Positions 44,893-57,500 of a stretch of DNA of 64,000 bases are shown here, one piece after another. The position numbers were made by a program, and so were the translations under genes. This DNA comes from an uncultured Chloroflexia bacterium (GTDB taxonomy: Bacteria > Chloroflexota > Anaerolineae > CG2-30-64-16): NCBI GenBank assembly GCA_963810095.1, contig CAWEMM010000007.1, positions 512,001 to 576,000 on the forward strand. Direction: 5' to 3'. The stretch's first letter is position 1. Each line of letters begins with the position of its first letter. Under the pieces are notes generated by a model that saw only the letters and a list, made by a program, of their open reading frames with translations, did no database searches and had not been told where the DNA came from.

Positions 44893-45125
44893 GGTCATCT
44901 CCTTCCTTTGCTGGCGTCCGTCGACTAGCGAGAACTGGGTTTGCTCGTGGAGTTCTTCACGTATTGTACATCAGGCGGGATGCAACTGGCTAGCCATCAA
45001 GCTGACGCGTGGCCGATAAAATCGGCCGGTTGGCTTCGGGCACCCCGGGGCTGCACGGCCAGGCGCGGCCGCACGCCGGCGCTTTATCTGCACGAAATTC
45101 GCTCGTTTTTGGTCGTCATAGAGGA

Positions 45126-45154
45126 TTGTCAAATACCCTAATTCGTGCTATGAT
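45126..45154 (+). promoter_or_regulatory. Extended -10 sigma70-type promoter upstream of the giant gene
   Basis: TTGTCA-N17-TATGAT with TGn. Confidence 0.6.
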
Positions 45155-45570
45155 GCGCAATCAGGATTCGTCTGTTGGCTCAGCGACAGCAGGTCGCGGC
45201 TTTGCGACCGGTCGATGGTCCCGAACATGTTAAAATCGAGCAGTCTTTCATACCTCACAACTATCCGGCTGGCTGCCTCGCGGCCAGTGTCATGCGGCGC
45301 CCCACAGCTTCAGCCCCGGTCGGGGTTACCCGGTCTCGGCCCCGTTTCTTCTTGCGACCAAACCATCAAATGCTGGCCCCTCTTTACGGGTCCACCAACG
45401 CGTCGTCCACATCCTGAGCCAGCCCGCGCGGCTCGTGTTCTGAGGCGCGGAGGATACAGTCACGGTCGTCCGACAAACCAAGTAGCGCAGTCAGGTAACC
45501 TAAGAGCGGCGCCCCCATCGCGGCATCCATCGCGCACACCGCTCTACTGTAGTTTCCCTGGAGGCTGGCG

Positions 45571-48500
45571 ATGAAGCAGCATGTCCCCCCGCGGCGCCTG
45601 GCAAAGGCCGTCGCGTCTGTCCTGGCTATCGCTCTCTTGTTGGCCGCGCTGCTTGGCGTGGCTCTTTTTTCGTCTGCAAGCGGCGCGCCCTTTGTTGCAG
45701 CCAACACCCGCGCCCCATCCAACCCTCTCGCCGCACAGCCCGCCGCGGCCCTGTCCCGCGTTGCGTCGACGGTGTCCACCGGTCCGGCCCGCAGCGGCGT
45801 CTCTGATCCGGCAGCCGCCGTGCGGGGCGCTTGGGAACTGGCGCGCCAGTTGGGTGCGTATGACTTCGGCACCGACCTGGTCGAGACGGCGTTCCCCGCG
45901 CTGACGCTCTCCAACGCGGGCAACGGGCCGCAGAACACCGAGCTGCATCTTGAAGGCGCGGTCGACCTACCGGCCCGCCGGGTGCAGGTGCGCATGTGGC
46001 AAGGCACGGGCAACCTGCTGGCCGAACGCACGGCCAACGAGGCGCGGTTCGAGGACGGCACCGCGTACGTGCGTTCGCCGGGCGGCAGCTGGCAGGAGAT
46101 CGAAGACTTCTCTTCGACTTTCGCGCCCAACGCCGATCCGCTCGGCTTCCTGGCGGGCATCAAGAACGTGCGTGTGGGTTCGCACAGCGACTCGCCAGGG
46201 GGCAGCCAGGGCCTTCTGCCGGCCGGCATCGCGCACTATGCGTTTGACCTGGATGGGCCTGCCCTGGCAGCTCACATCCGCGACCAGCTCGAGCAGCAGC
46301 TGCGCGACCGGGGCGAGCTGCCGCTGGGCCTCAACCTCGACGTGTCGACCGAGTTTCGCGACGCGACCGGCGGCGGCGAGCTGTGGGTCGACAGCCGGGG
46401 GCTCCCCGTCCGGCTGGCCCTGCACCTGGCCTTCCCCGAGAAGCGCGACGGCTCGCATGCCGAGGCTGACGTGCGGACCGATTTCTCCGGCTTCCCCCAA
46501 GCCATGGCGGCCCGCCCCAGCTTTGCCAACAATCCCTTGGCTTGGGCCCGGGCGGCCCTCGAGGCCGAGGTTTCAGAGGTTACCGTGGCCCGGGCCGTGC
46601 AGACGGCCGGACCCGGCGGCGCGGTTGCTGCGGGGCTCGGTGCGATCGCTCTGCTGGTGCTCTGCCGCCGTTCCCGAAAGCTGTATACGGCGGTCGTGAT
46701 CTCGGTGATCGCCTCGATGATCCTGGTGCCGCTGATGCAGAGCGGGCAGGTGGCCGCGTTCTTCGAGCAGCACGGGGCCAACTCGGCCGCCGGCGGAAGC
46801 ACAGAGCGCGCAGGCCGCTGCCCGGGAAAAGCTGGCCGCATTGACGCCCGAGTGGGATCCACAGCAGGACCCGCTCGCCGTCCCCCGGCCCAGGACGCGC
46901 CGCCCGGCGGCAAGGCCGTGGTCACGCTGCCCGCGGAGGGCGACTCGCTGCTGGCGCCTGCTGAAGAGGTGCCGCCACCGGAATCGGCCTGCGACCAGGC
47001 CGACACCGAGGACCCGGACGCTGACGGCGTCACCAACTTCGACGAGTGCCAGTACCTCACCGACGAGGGTGATCCCGACAGCGACGACGACGGCCTGATG
47101 GATGGCGAGGAATTGAACCGGCTGGGCACCGACCCGAATTGGTGGGACACCGACTCGGACCAGATCACCGACACCCTGGAGGTCAAGGGCTTCTGGTACG
47201 AGGGGCAGCAATGGTATCTCAACCCCAAGAACCCGGACACCAACGACGACGGCCAGCTCGATTCGATGGAGTGCCTGGCCCTCACGGCGGGGCAGACCGT
47301 CGGGACAAACTGCGACACCGACCTGGACAAGATCCCCAACCCGTTTGACGTGGACAACGACAACGACGGCGTGCCCGACCGGGTTGATATCTCCCCCGGC
47401 ACCCGCCTGGACCGGGACGGCCTTGGCACACAGCAGGCGCCCTACGAGTCCGCGTTCAACGGCGACAGTCCCTTCCTGTTCTCGCTCGGCGACCTGCAGC
47501 CTGACTGGCCGGTGCTCGTCGACTTCCAGGTGCGGCCGACCATTGCCGAGCACCTGTCATACGCGATGAATGTGCTCGACTGGCCGTCGGAAGACCGGGA
47601 CGGGCAAATCCAGCACGGCAAGGATACGACGTTCGCCAACAGCGATAACCCCGACATCGCGAACCCCGACGATGCGGCGGGCAGCCACGGCGACCTGCGG
47701 CTGATCCCCCTGCTCGAGCTGACCATCCCGGGCACGCAGGCGCCGCTGAAGCTCGCCGATCAGAAAATGGTCGTCGAGATGCGGGGGGCTTTGTCGGCCA
47801 CCGTCACCCTGACCCCGCAGGCCGCCGACCCCAACAAGAGCGACCTCCTCTTCCACTTTGGGCAGACCGGCAGCCACGACGTCACGGTCTACCAGGGCGA
47901 CTGCCCGGGAAAGAAAGCGAACCCCGCGACCTTCGCGGCCATCGGCGACGGCGCCAAACCAAGCTACGCGAAGAAGCTGAACGACCTGGCGAACGGCGAC
48001 TATGCGCTCATCCTCTCGCAAGGCACGGCCACCGTCTGCGAGCCGATCCCGGATATGGTGACCGGCCCATACGGCTCGAGCGGGAAGATGATCGATAGGT
48101 CCGTGCTCGACCCGTACGGCATCACGCTCCAGGACAAGGATGACGGCTCGCTCCTCGCCTACTTACCGCTGAGCCTCGTGTCTGACGATACGGGCGGCGG
48201 CAAAGCGGCGTTCCAGACCCGCATGCTCTACTGGCCGGGCGCCACCAACGTGTGGCAGGAGGCGCAGCAGGTCAAGGTGGTCTGGATCCTCAACATGCTG
48301 ACCGACGACTGCGACTCGAACGGCTTCCCAACCTGGGAAGACTACCACAAGGCCAACCCGAACAAGTCGCGCGACGATTACGACGAGGCGCAGGCGCTGC
48401 ACTGCCAGACGCACCGGACCATGGACGAGATCAAGCCGGTGCAGACATACGACGAAAGCTGGTTCCTCACCGGCCTGAGCGTGCGCGAGGATCACGGCCT

Positions 48501-51500
48501 GGACGTGGCAGTCGCCTATCCCGACCCCCGCAACGCGACCTACAGCGACGATGCGCTGTGGGGGCTTTCGTGGGGGCTGGGCCAGCAGTTCTTGACGGGT
48601 CGCGACTGCGAGATCAACAACTCGCTGTACGACAATGCGGCCGACGACGAGACGTGCTTCCGCGATTCGCCCCGCGATTTGCCCGATATCTCGATCTTCA
48701 AGGCGGACAAGTTCGGCTACCCCGCGGGCAACTCGACTATTAGCGAACGCTTTGCCTACACCAGCACCGTCACGGGCAACTCCCGGTGGAACGTTCCGGC
48801 GAAGGCGTTGAATGTCGAGGATTATCGCTACGACCATGTGGACTACATGTCCTACCTCGCAGCGAACGTCACGCCGGTCATCGTCGCCAAGTATGACACG
48901 ACGGAGGTCCCCACGCTGTTGTTCGCGCGCGAGGAGCGCTACCGCATGGCGACCCTGGAAGGCGGCGCCCAGGCGAACAATGGGTTCAACATCAAGCTGG
49001 ACGAGAGTAACTACCCCGAGCGGACCGTCCGCGGCCTGAGCTGGGCACCGTACTATTATAAGGACGGCGAGTGGCAGGGGTTCGCCAGCGAAGACTACTG
49101 GGGTCCGCTGTCAGACGAGCTACACGTTCGCTTCTGGGCCGATTACCCAACGGCCACTTCCGACGAGATCGAGGGCCGGGTGGCCGTCGCCCGCTCCTAC
49201 TACATGGGGCTGATCACCGGCGCGGCCCAGTCCATCGACGTGACGCAGCCGCACCATGACGGTGAGTCCGATTCGGAGCTTGCGGGCGTGGCCAGTACCG
49301 CCTTCGCCACCGCCGCCGGCGCAGATGCCGCGCCAGCCGCCGTGGCAGCCGGATGGCCCTGGCTGAGCCGGGTGGCCGACGACATCATCATCCAGATCTG
49401 GAACGCCATTGGCGCGACCAAGACCATGGCCGTGCCCTACGGTCCAGGGATGTTTGTCGACGATCTCGGTAACATCTTCTGGAAGCCTTCGCTGGGCTAC
49501 AAGATCGTGGGTACGGGCCTGAACAAGGGCTACGGCATGGCGCTCGGCGCGTGGCAAGATTTGCTCTCCTCGCCGAAGGCCTACAAGGTGGCCGGCCTGG
49601 TGATCTTCTCGGTGGCGATTGTGACCGCGGCCGTATGCTTGATCGTGGGGCTGAGCCTCGACAAAGACACGCTGACCGTATTGATAGCGACCGTGGAGGT
49701 GGCCGGCCTGGCTCAACTCATCGTCGGGGCCGTTGCGGAGTTTTCCAAAGCGGTCTCGATGGCCGGCGGCTTCGGGAAGCTGGTGGCGAATAACCTCGTC
49801 AACACCGGCCTCACGCAGTTCGTCGGCACAGTCAAGGCCAACGCGTCGGGTGTGGTCACCGCCATCATCTCCGGGGTGATGGCGTGGGCGAGCTGGGGCA
49901 TCTCGTGGGCGATGGGCGGCTTGCAAGCGGGCAGCATGGCCTGGGACGAGACGCTGGCCGCGACGATTGCCTCCACTCTCGTCACCATCATCCTCTTCGT
50001 GATCTTCAACGCGCTCGGTCCGTTAGGGATGCTCATCAAGTCCCTGATCAGCCTGGTCGACGCACTGGTCGGGCTCATCTGCAGCACCTTCCTCACGGAT
50101 GAGCAGGAGCAAAGCGCGGCGGGCGATCTGCTGTGCGGCGGCATTACGGGGCTGATCAAGAAGCTCGTTCAGTGGCTCATCTACAGCGGGGCGGTCATCC
50201 CCGAGATGGACCCGGACGAGGACCAGGGCGAGCCGTGGTATCCCCGGCTAACATTCGGTGGCATGGACATCGACGTCGATCCGCCTGACAAAGGGATCAT
50301 CGTCGGCAGCAAGATGGGCGTCAGCATCGCGCTCACGAACACCATCGACATGGCCGACATCCCGCACAACCTCTGGGCGCAAGCCTACTATGACCAGTGG
50401 AATGACACCAACCTCAAGAAGTCAAACTTCCAGTACAAGTGGCAGGAGGCCGAGACCGATTTCCACAAGGACATGGAGCTGGGCGGGATCTCGCGCAAGT
50501 GGGAGACGAGCGGCGGGCGCCCCTTCCGCTACAAGACCACCCTCGGCACCGGCACCGTGCTCCCGCTGAATCGGGCCGGCATCAACCAGACCCTAAGCCC
50601 GCTCTACCTGTCGGAGGCGTACGCGGTGCCCGAGCAGGAGTGCTGGGGTCTCTTCCCCTTCGGGGGCTGCGGCATATCGACCGAGCGGGCGAGCTACCAC
50701 TACGATTTCGGCGGCAGCCTGATCTTCGACGTGCTGCCCAACAGCATCACCGACTTCTACCAATTGGCTCCCATCGGGGGCAGCTATCACCTGGCGTGGG
50801 GCAACGCGATCTCCTTCCCCGGCCTGTTCGACGCGGACGGCGACACCTTGCCTGCGACGACGGATCCCAACGACAGCCGGTGGGACACGGACTCTGACGG
50901 GCTGGGCGACCAGTTCGAGCGGACGACCGGCAGCGACCCGAACAAGCCAGACACGGATGGCGACGGGCTGACCGACCTGGAAGAGGCCCGGGCCGGCACC
51001 AACCCGCGGCTGAAGGACACCGACGGCGAAGGCTTGCAGGACGGCTACGAGGTCTACCACCAGGACCTGAGCGATCTGGACCAGGACGGCAACACGACCG
51101 AGTGGCTGGGCGGCTGGGAGTTCGTCTACGGCCGCGATGCCGACGGCGCCCCGCTGATCACGCGGGTTTATTCTGATCCCACCTCGGTGGACGCGGACGG
51201 CGACACCCTGACCGACAAGCAGGAGAACACGTTCGGCTACAACCCGGACGCGCCCTCGGTCCTCAATGTGCTGACGCTCCAATCAGAAGTCAGGGAGGCC
51301 GGGGCGAGCACGACCGACGGCTTTGTCAAGCCCGGCGACACGCTCAAGTACACCGCGACGGTGAAGAACGAGCTGGATCTCCGGCAGGCCGAGGGTGTGC
51401 TGGGCACGCTGGCGACGCCGCTGCTCGATGCCGCCAAGATTCCACAGCCCAAGGACTTCGTCCTCGACGCGCTCGAATCGGTGCAGCAGACGGGCGACCT

Positions 51501-54500
51501 CGTGGTCAAGGCGGGCGCGACCTCCGGCCCTTACAGCCTGACCCAGGTAGCCGGCGCCCTGATCACAGACTGGCGGACCGGCTCGGGCGGCACCTCGCTG
51601 TGGCTGCGCTTCGACGATCCCCAGGCCCTGTACCGGGACACCTCGGGCAGCCAGCCGGACCACGACGGCACGTGCAAGGGCGTTGGCTGTACGATCACCA
51701 CGGGGCGCTACGGCAGCGCGCTCCATCTCGACGGCAGCAGCTACGTCTTCTCGGCCGTGCCCGTCGCGGCCACCGAATATGCCGTCTCGTTCTGGTTCAA
51801 GGCCGACTCCACCTCCGACACCTACCAGGGCAAGCTGTTCACCGACGAGGACCCGAACACGCACCGGGAACGCGTCGACATCATGTACGACAAGCGGTCC
51901 GTCTGGGTCAGCCTCTATGGCTGCTCAAACGGGTCCTGCTGGAACGACAACATCTCCAGCCCCGCGTATGGGCTGGCTGCGCAAGAGTGGCATCACGTGG
52001 TGCACACGTACGGCGGCCTGGCGGGCAAGCAGAAGCTGTATATCGACGGCCGGCTCGTAAAGGAAGGGTTCTTCACCTCCACGGCCGCATCCACTTCGCG
52101 GACCAACATCGGCGGCACCCCCACGGCTGGCCTGTGGTTCGCGGGGTCCATCGACGACGTGCGGCTGTACGAGCGCGGGCTGACCGCCGACGAGGTCTGG
52201 GCGCTGTCCCGGCAGCCGGTCTTCCACATGGACTTCGAAAAGACCAGCGGCTGGGAAGACGTATCGAGCTTCCATGCCGGCGTTGCTCCTGTCGACAGCA
52301 GCCACACCCCGGTGCACGACACAGGGGGAATTCAGGGCAGTGCCGCGAAGCTCAACGGGGTCAGCTACCTGAACGTCTCGAACAACCTCGCGAGCACCCC
52401 GCAGCTCGATCTCAGCGGCGGCAAGTACACGATCGCAGCCTGGGTCTACCCCCAGAAAGGCTGCGGTTTCGACACTCAGCCGGGCGCAATCCAGTCCATC
52501 GTCAGTTCTAACGCGGAGATCAGCAAGCGATATCCCGACTTGACCCTCACGACAGACCCGGGACAGAGCAGCCTGGCCGCGATTGGGACAGGTTTTGGTA
52601 CGGGGAGCAGCTATCAGTATGCCGATGGGCCGTGGAGCGTGCCCTTCAACCAGTGGACACACGTGGTCATGACCTTTGATACCGATGTCTTCGGCGATCA
52701 GGGGTATGACAACGACGTCCAGGGCACGTGGCGGCTGTACACGAACGGCAAGGAAACCTGGCACAACACGGTCGAGACATCGGGCGCGAAACCGTACGCG
52801 ACGACCTATTTCCAGGTCGGTCAGATCGCGAGCGGGATGGCGCACTCGTTCTGCGGCAAGATCGACGAGCTGGTCATCTACAACCACGTGCTCGACGCTG
52901 ACACGATCGCGGCCTTGACCAGCGACGGCGCATCGGCCTTGCATCTGCAGCTCGACGAGGCGCCGGGTTCGGCGTCGTTCCACGATGACAGCGCCGCGCA
53001 GCGCGAGCTCGGCTGTGCCGGGTCCGGCTGCCCGGGCACGGGGCTGGCGGGCCGGGTGAACCAGGCAGCACAGTTCAGCGCCTTTGAGAATGTGGGCAAC
53101 GCCCTGACGCTGGGGAACAGCGCGGTCAACCGGTTGACCAACAACTACAGCGTGGCCGGATGGATCAAGCCGAGCAGCCTCGCCAGCCGGCAGCACATCC
53201 TGGCGACAGGCAAATGCAGCAGCACGGGCGCCGGCTGGAGCTTCGGCCTCTACCTCAACGACCTCCGCTGGGAGAGCTTTGGGGCGCAAAGCCACATCCT
53301 CAGCCTGTCGGGCGCCGGAGGAGGGGGCGCGCAACTCCAGGCCAACCGCTGGTATCACGTGGCCCTGGTGGCGGATGCGGCCAACAAGCTCACCTTCTAC
53401 ATCGACGGGCAGGCGAAGGGCCAGGTCCAGGGGTTCGCTGCAACGGCTGACACGGCCAACCGGCTGGTGGTGGGCGGGTGTGACACCGGCACGAGCATCG
53501 TGGAAGGGCTCGACGGCATGCTCGACGACCTGTGGGTGTACGGCACGGCACTGACTGCCGAGCAGGTCAAGGCCCTGTTCGACGCCGCGCCCGTCATGCA
53601 GCTCCATCTGGAAGAGGCGAACGGCGCGACAACCTTCAAGGACGACGGCTGGCCTGGTAGCGTGGCGACCTGCCCCACCGGCCATTGCCCCACGATGGGC
53701 GAAGGGGTCAAGGGGCAGATGGGCCTGGCGGCAGGCTTCATCAACCCGGCCCAAATCAATGTGCCCTACAACGCGGGGCTGAACACGCCGAAGTTCACCA
53801 TCGGAGGGTGGCTCCGGCCGGACGCGTTCCCACCCGACGCCGCCCCCGGCAAGCGATTGCTGATGGCGAAGGGCCTCGTCGGCCAGGAAGAGTGGAAGTT
53901 GTGGCTGAACACGACCCAGTCGGTAAACATCTACCGCTCGTGCAGCAACAGCTCCATCGAGTTCCCTAGCGAGGCGACCCTGCTCCCAGAGCAGTGGAAC
54001 TACGTGTTGGTGACGTACGACGGCGCCATGCTGCGCTTCTACATCAACGGGAGCGAGAGCGGCGCCCACGCCTTCACGAAGGCGTGCACCGACAGTGGAC
54101 AGGGCGTGCGGCTGAGCAGCTCGTCGGGTGGCTTCAGCGGCCGCATGGACGAGATGGTCGTGTACAACCGGGCGCTCACGCCGAACGAGATCCTCACGCT
54201 CTACAACTACCAGTCAGGTTGGATCGAAGACCGGAATAGCCAGACGATCGTGGTAGACAACGAGGCTCCCACCGTCTCGGTGGTGATCACGGACGGTGTG
54301 CACCTGCCCGACGGCTGGCCCGTGGTCGTGGCGCTCGACGCCCAGGACGCCTCATCGGGCATCCAGTCGGTCGACTTGCTCGTCTCTAAGGGGGGCGGCG
54401 CGTACACGCCCGTCCATGCCCAGCAGTGTGCGGACCCCGCCCAAGGCCCGGCCTGGTGCGCCACTTTCACGCCTTCGGGCGAGGCTCAATACTCGCTCTC

Positions 54501-57500
54501 GGCAAAGGCGACCGATCGCGTCGGCCGCACAGCCGACGCTACGAAGAAGTTGGTTCTGGTCGACGCGACCGCTCCGTCGCTGAACCTGGCGCTCACCGAG
54601 GGCCAGTTGGTCAGCGCGACCCGCAGCGCGACAGATCCGCCCATGTGGCTGATCCATCTGAGCGGCACGGTCAGCGACGCCCCGGTGGTCAGGGGTACTG
54701 AGAGCGGCATCCCCCGCGAAGGGTTGCGCGTCACGCTGGTCGACGCGGAGGGCGAGGCCCTGGGCGAGGCCGGCCAGATTGCGACGATTGCGGGCGACTC
54801 TGCGGCAGGCTCAGACACGGCTTGGTCGCTGGACTACGCGGTGCCCGACGCCGAGCCGGACGGCTGCTACACGGTCAAGGCCGAGGTGGTCGACAACATC
54901 ACGGCCATCCCCGGCTTGCCCGAACAGCAGAAGGCGCTACATACGACGGCCAAGAGCAAGGGCATCGTGATCGATTCCCGGCCCCCACAGGTGGTGCTCG
55001 ACCAGTCCTCGCTCGCTCATGGCATGCTGGGCGCTGGCGTGACGAGCCTCGGCGGCGAAACGACCAAGCGGCCGGTGCCGGTTGAAGTCGACATGACGAC
55101 AACCGCGGGCGCGGACCTCACGGGCGTCAAGCTGACGTGCCGGCACGGCAACGCCGGAAGCTGGTACACCGTCTTCGAGATGTTGCCCGGCCAGTTGGCC
55201 CCCGGCTCAGGCGCAGGCTGGGATGGCGAAATCCACAAGCTCTCGACCTGCACCCTCGACCTGACCACGACGGCCACAAAGGGCGGCGTGGCCGGCACCA
55301 TCAAGGTGTGCGGCGAAGCGCTCGACCTGAATCCTGACTGGACGGGCGACTTCTCGGCCGCGCTGAGCATTACGTTCGTGGTCAATTCGACGCGCTGCTT
55401 GGCCCGGGGTTGCACCGCCGACCAGGCGGTGTCGGGCACGCAGAAGGTGGAGGTTGCGTTCACACCGATTTTGCAAGGCTCGGCGTGGCTGAACGAGGCC
55501 CCGCTGGCCGGCGAGACGCTCCACATGCCGTTCGACGATACGCCGAACGCGGATGGCTCGATGCTGGTGCGCGACGTGTCGGGCATGGGGCACACGATGG
55601 CGGTGGATGGCACGACGGCGCCGAGCCCTGGCCAGGCGGGACAACTGGGCAGCGCCTTCTCCTTCGACGGTGTGGACGACTACGTCAGCATCCCCGACAG
55701 CGACGATGTCGATTTCGCGGCGAGCCAGGACTTCGCAGTGATGGCGTGGATCAAGCCCGCCGCGCAGCAGCTCTGGACCGCGACCACGGACAACGACGTG
55801 ATCGAAAAGTGGTCCGGCGCTACCGCCTACCCCTACGTGGTCCGCTACGTCAACTCGACCGGGGGCGCCAACGCCGGCAAGATCAGCGCGGCCCGCTATG
55901 ATCGCTCGACCAGCACGGTCCTGACCTCGGCCAGCGCCATCAATGACGGCAAGTTCCACCACGTCGCGTTCGTCCGGAACGGTGGGATGGTGAGCCTGTA
56001 TGTCGACGGGGTCCTGTCGGCCGGGCCGGTGCAGGACAAGGTGGCTAGCACGACGACGAACAGCTCGCCATTGTACATCGGCCGGCGCGGCGCCGGCGAC
56101 ATGCCGAACTACTTCACCGGCCAGGTCGACGACCTGCGCATCTTCAAGCAGGGCCTCACGGCCGACGACGTGAAGACGATCTACACGGGCAGCGCCGCGC
56201 AGCTTGTGATGGCGTTCGAGGAACCGTTGGCGGTCGGCGGCGACAAGGTGAGCGATGGCTCGGGCTGGGGCCGCGACGGCACGCTCAACACCGGCAGCGG
56301 CGACACGGCGAACAAGACCATGCCCGGCCAGGTAGGCAACTACGCGCTCAAGCTGGATGGTGTGAACGACGGTGTTGCCATCGACAACTTCGGCGTCTTC
56401 ACGACCACCACGGTCTCGGCCTGGGTCTATCGCACCGGGGCCACGACTGGCCGCGAGACGATCGTCTCCTACAAGGAAGACGCAAACTGCGGGCTCGTCC
56501 TGGCGCTGGAGAGCCAGTCGCCGATCTTCTATGTGCATGCCAAAGGCACCTGGTACCACATCCACGATACCACGGGCGAGGTGCCACTGAACGAGTGGGT
56601 GCATTTCGCGGTCGTGCAGACCCCCGACCACATGCTTATCTTCCGCAACGGAAAACAGGTCGCAAGCGGGTATTGGGCGACCATCCCAACCGCGATGGAC
56701 CAGTGCGCCGGCCGCACCGGCATCGGCGTGCGCAGCTCGCTCGACCAGCACTGGTTCCCCGGCGCCGTCGACGACGTGCGCTTCTACGGCCGGGTGCTGA
56801 GCGCAAACGAGATCGCCGACCTCTACAATGCGGGCTGGCACACCACCACGCTGAGCGCCGGCGGCGCGACCGTCGACAGCGCCACCTGGAGCATGAAGGT
56901 CCCGACGACGACGCTTGGGTTCGAAGGCACCTATCGTCTGGACCTGCGCGGGACAGACTCCAACGGTCACACCCAGGCCGTCAGCGAGCCCAGGCACCTG
57001 TGGCAGGGTGAGATCGACAACCTGGCGCCGCGGGTGACCCTGTGCAAGGCGCTCGTGAGCGGTACGACCTACCGCTACGTCGCGGAGGCGCAGGACTACA
57101 ACCTGGTCGAACAGGGCTTCGCCGCTCCGTGCGCGATCTCTTCACGGACAAACTACCAATCGCCGTGGCTGCTCAGCACGATCCCCACGGGTGACGCCAA
57201 GCTGAACAAGCTTCGGGCCGACTGTTCGCTCAGCGCGGCGGTGGTGGAGAAAGCGACCGCCTGCGACAGCGCCGGCAACTGCACGACGGCCGGCGTGACG
57301 AGCGGCGGCGCATGCACGAGCATCCTGGCGAGCCCCGCGGCGATGGCAGCCGGCGTGCCCGACTCCGTCACCCCGACGACGCCGGTGCTCGGCATCGTGC
57401 CAACCGTGCTGACGACGACGCACTACTCGGGCCTCGGCGAGGTTGTCGTGACCGGATACCTGACGGGCACGGCGAACCTGGATGCGATCGAGGTGACTGT

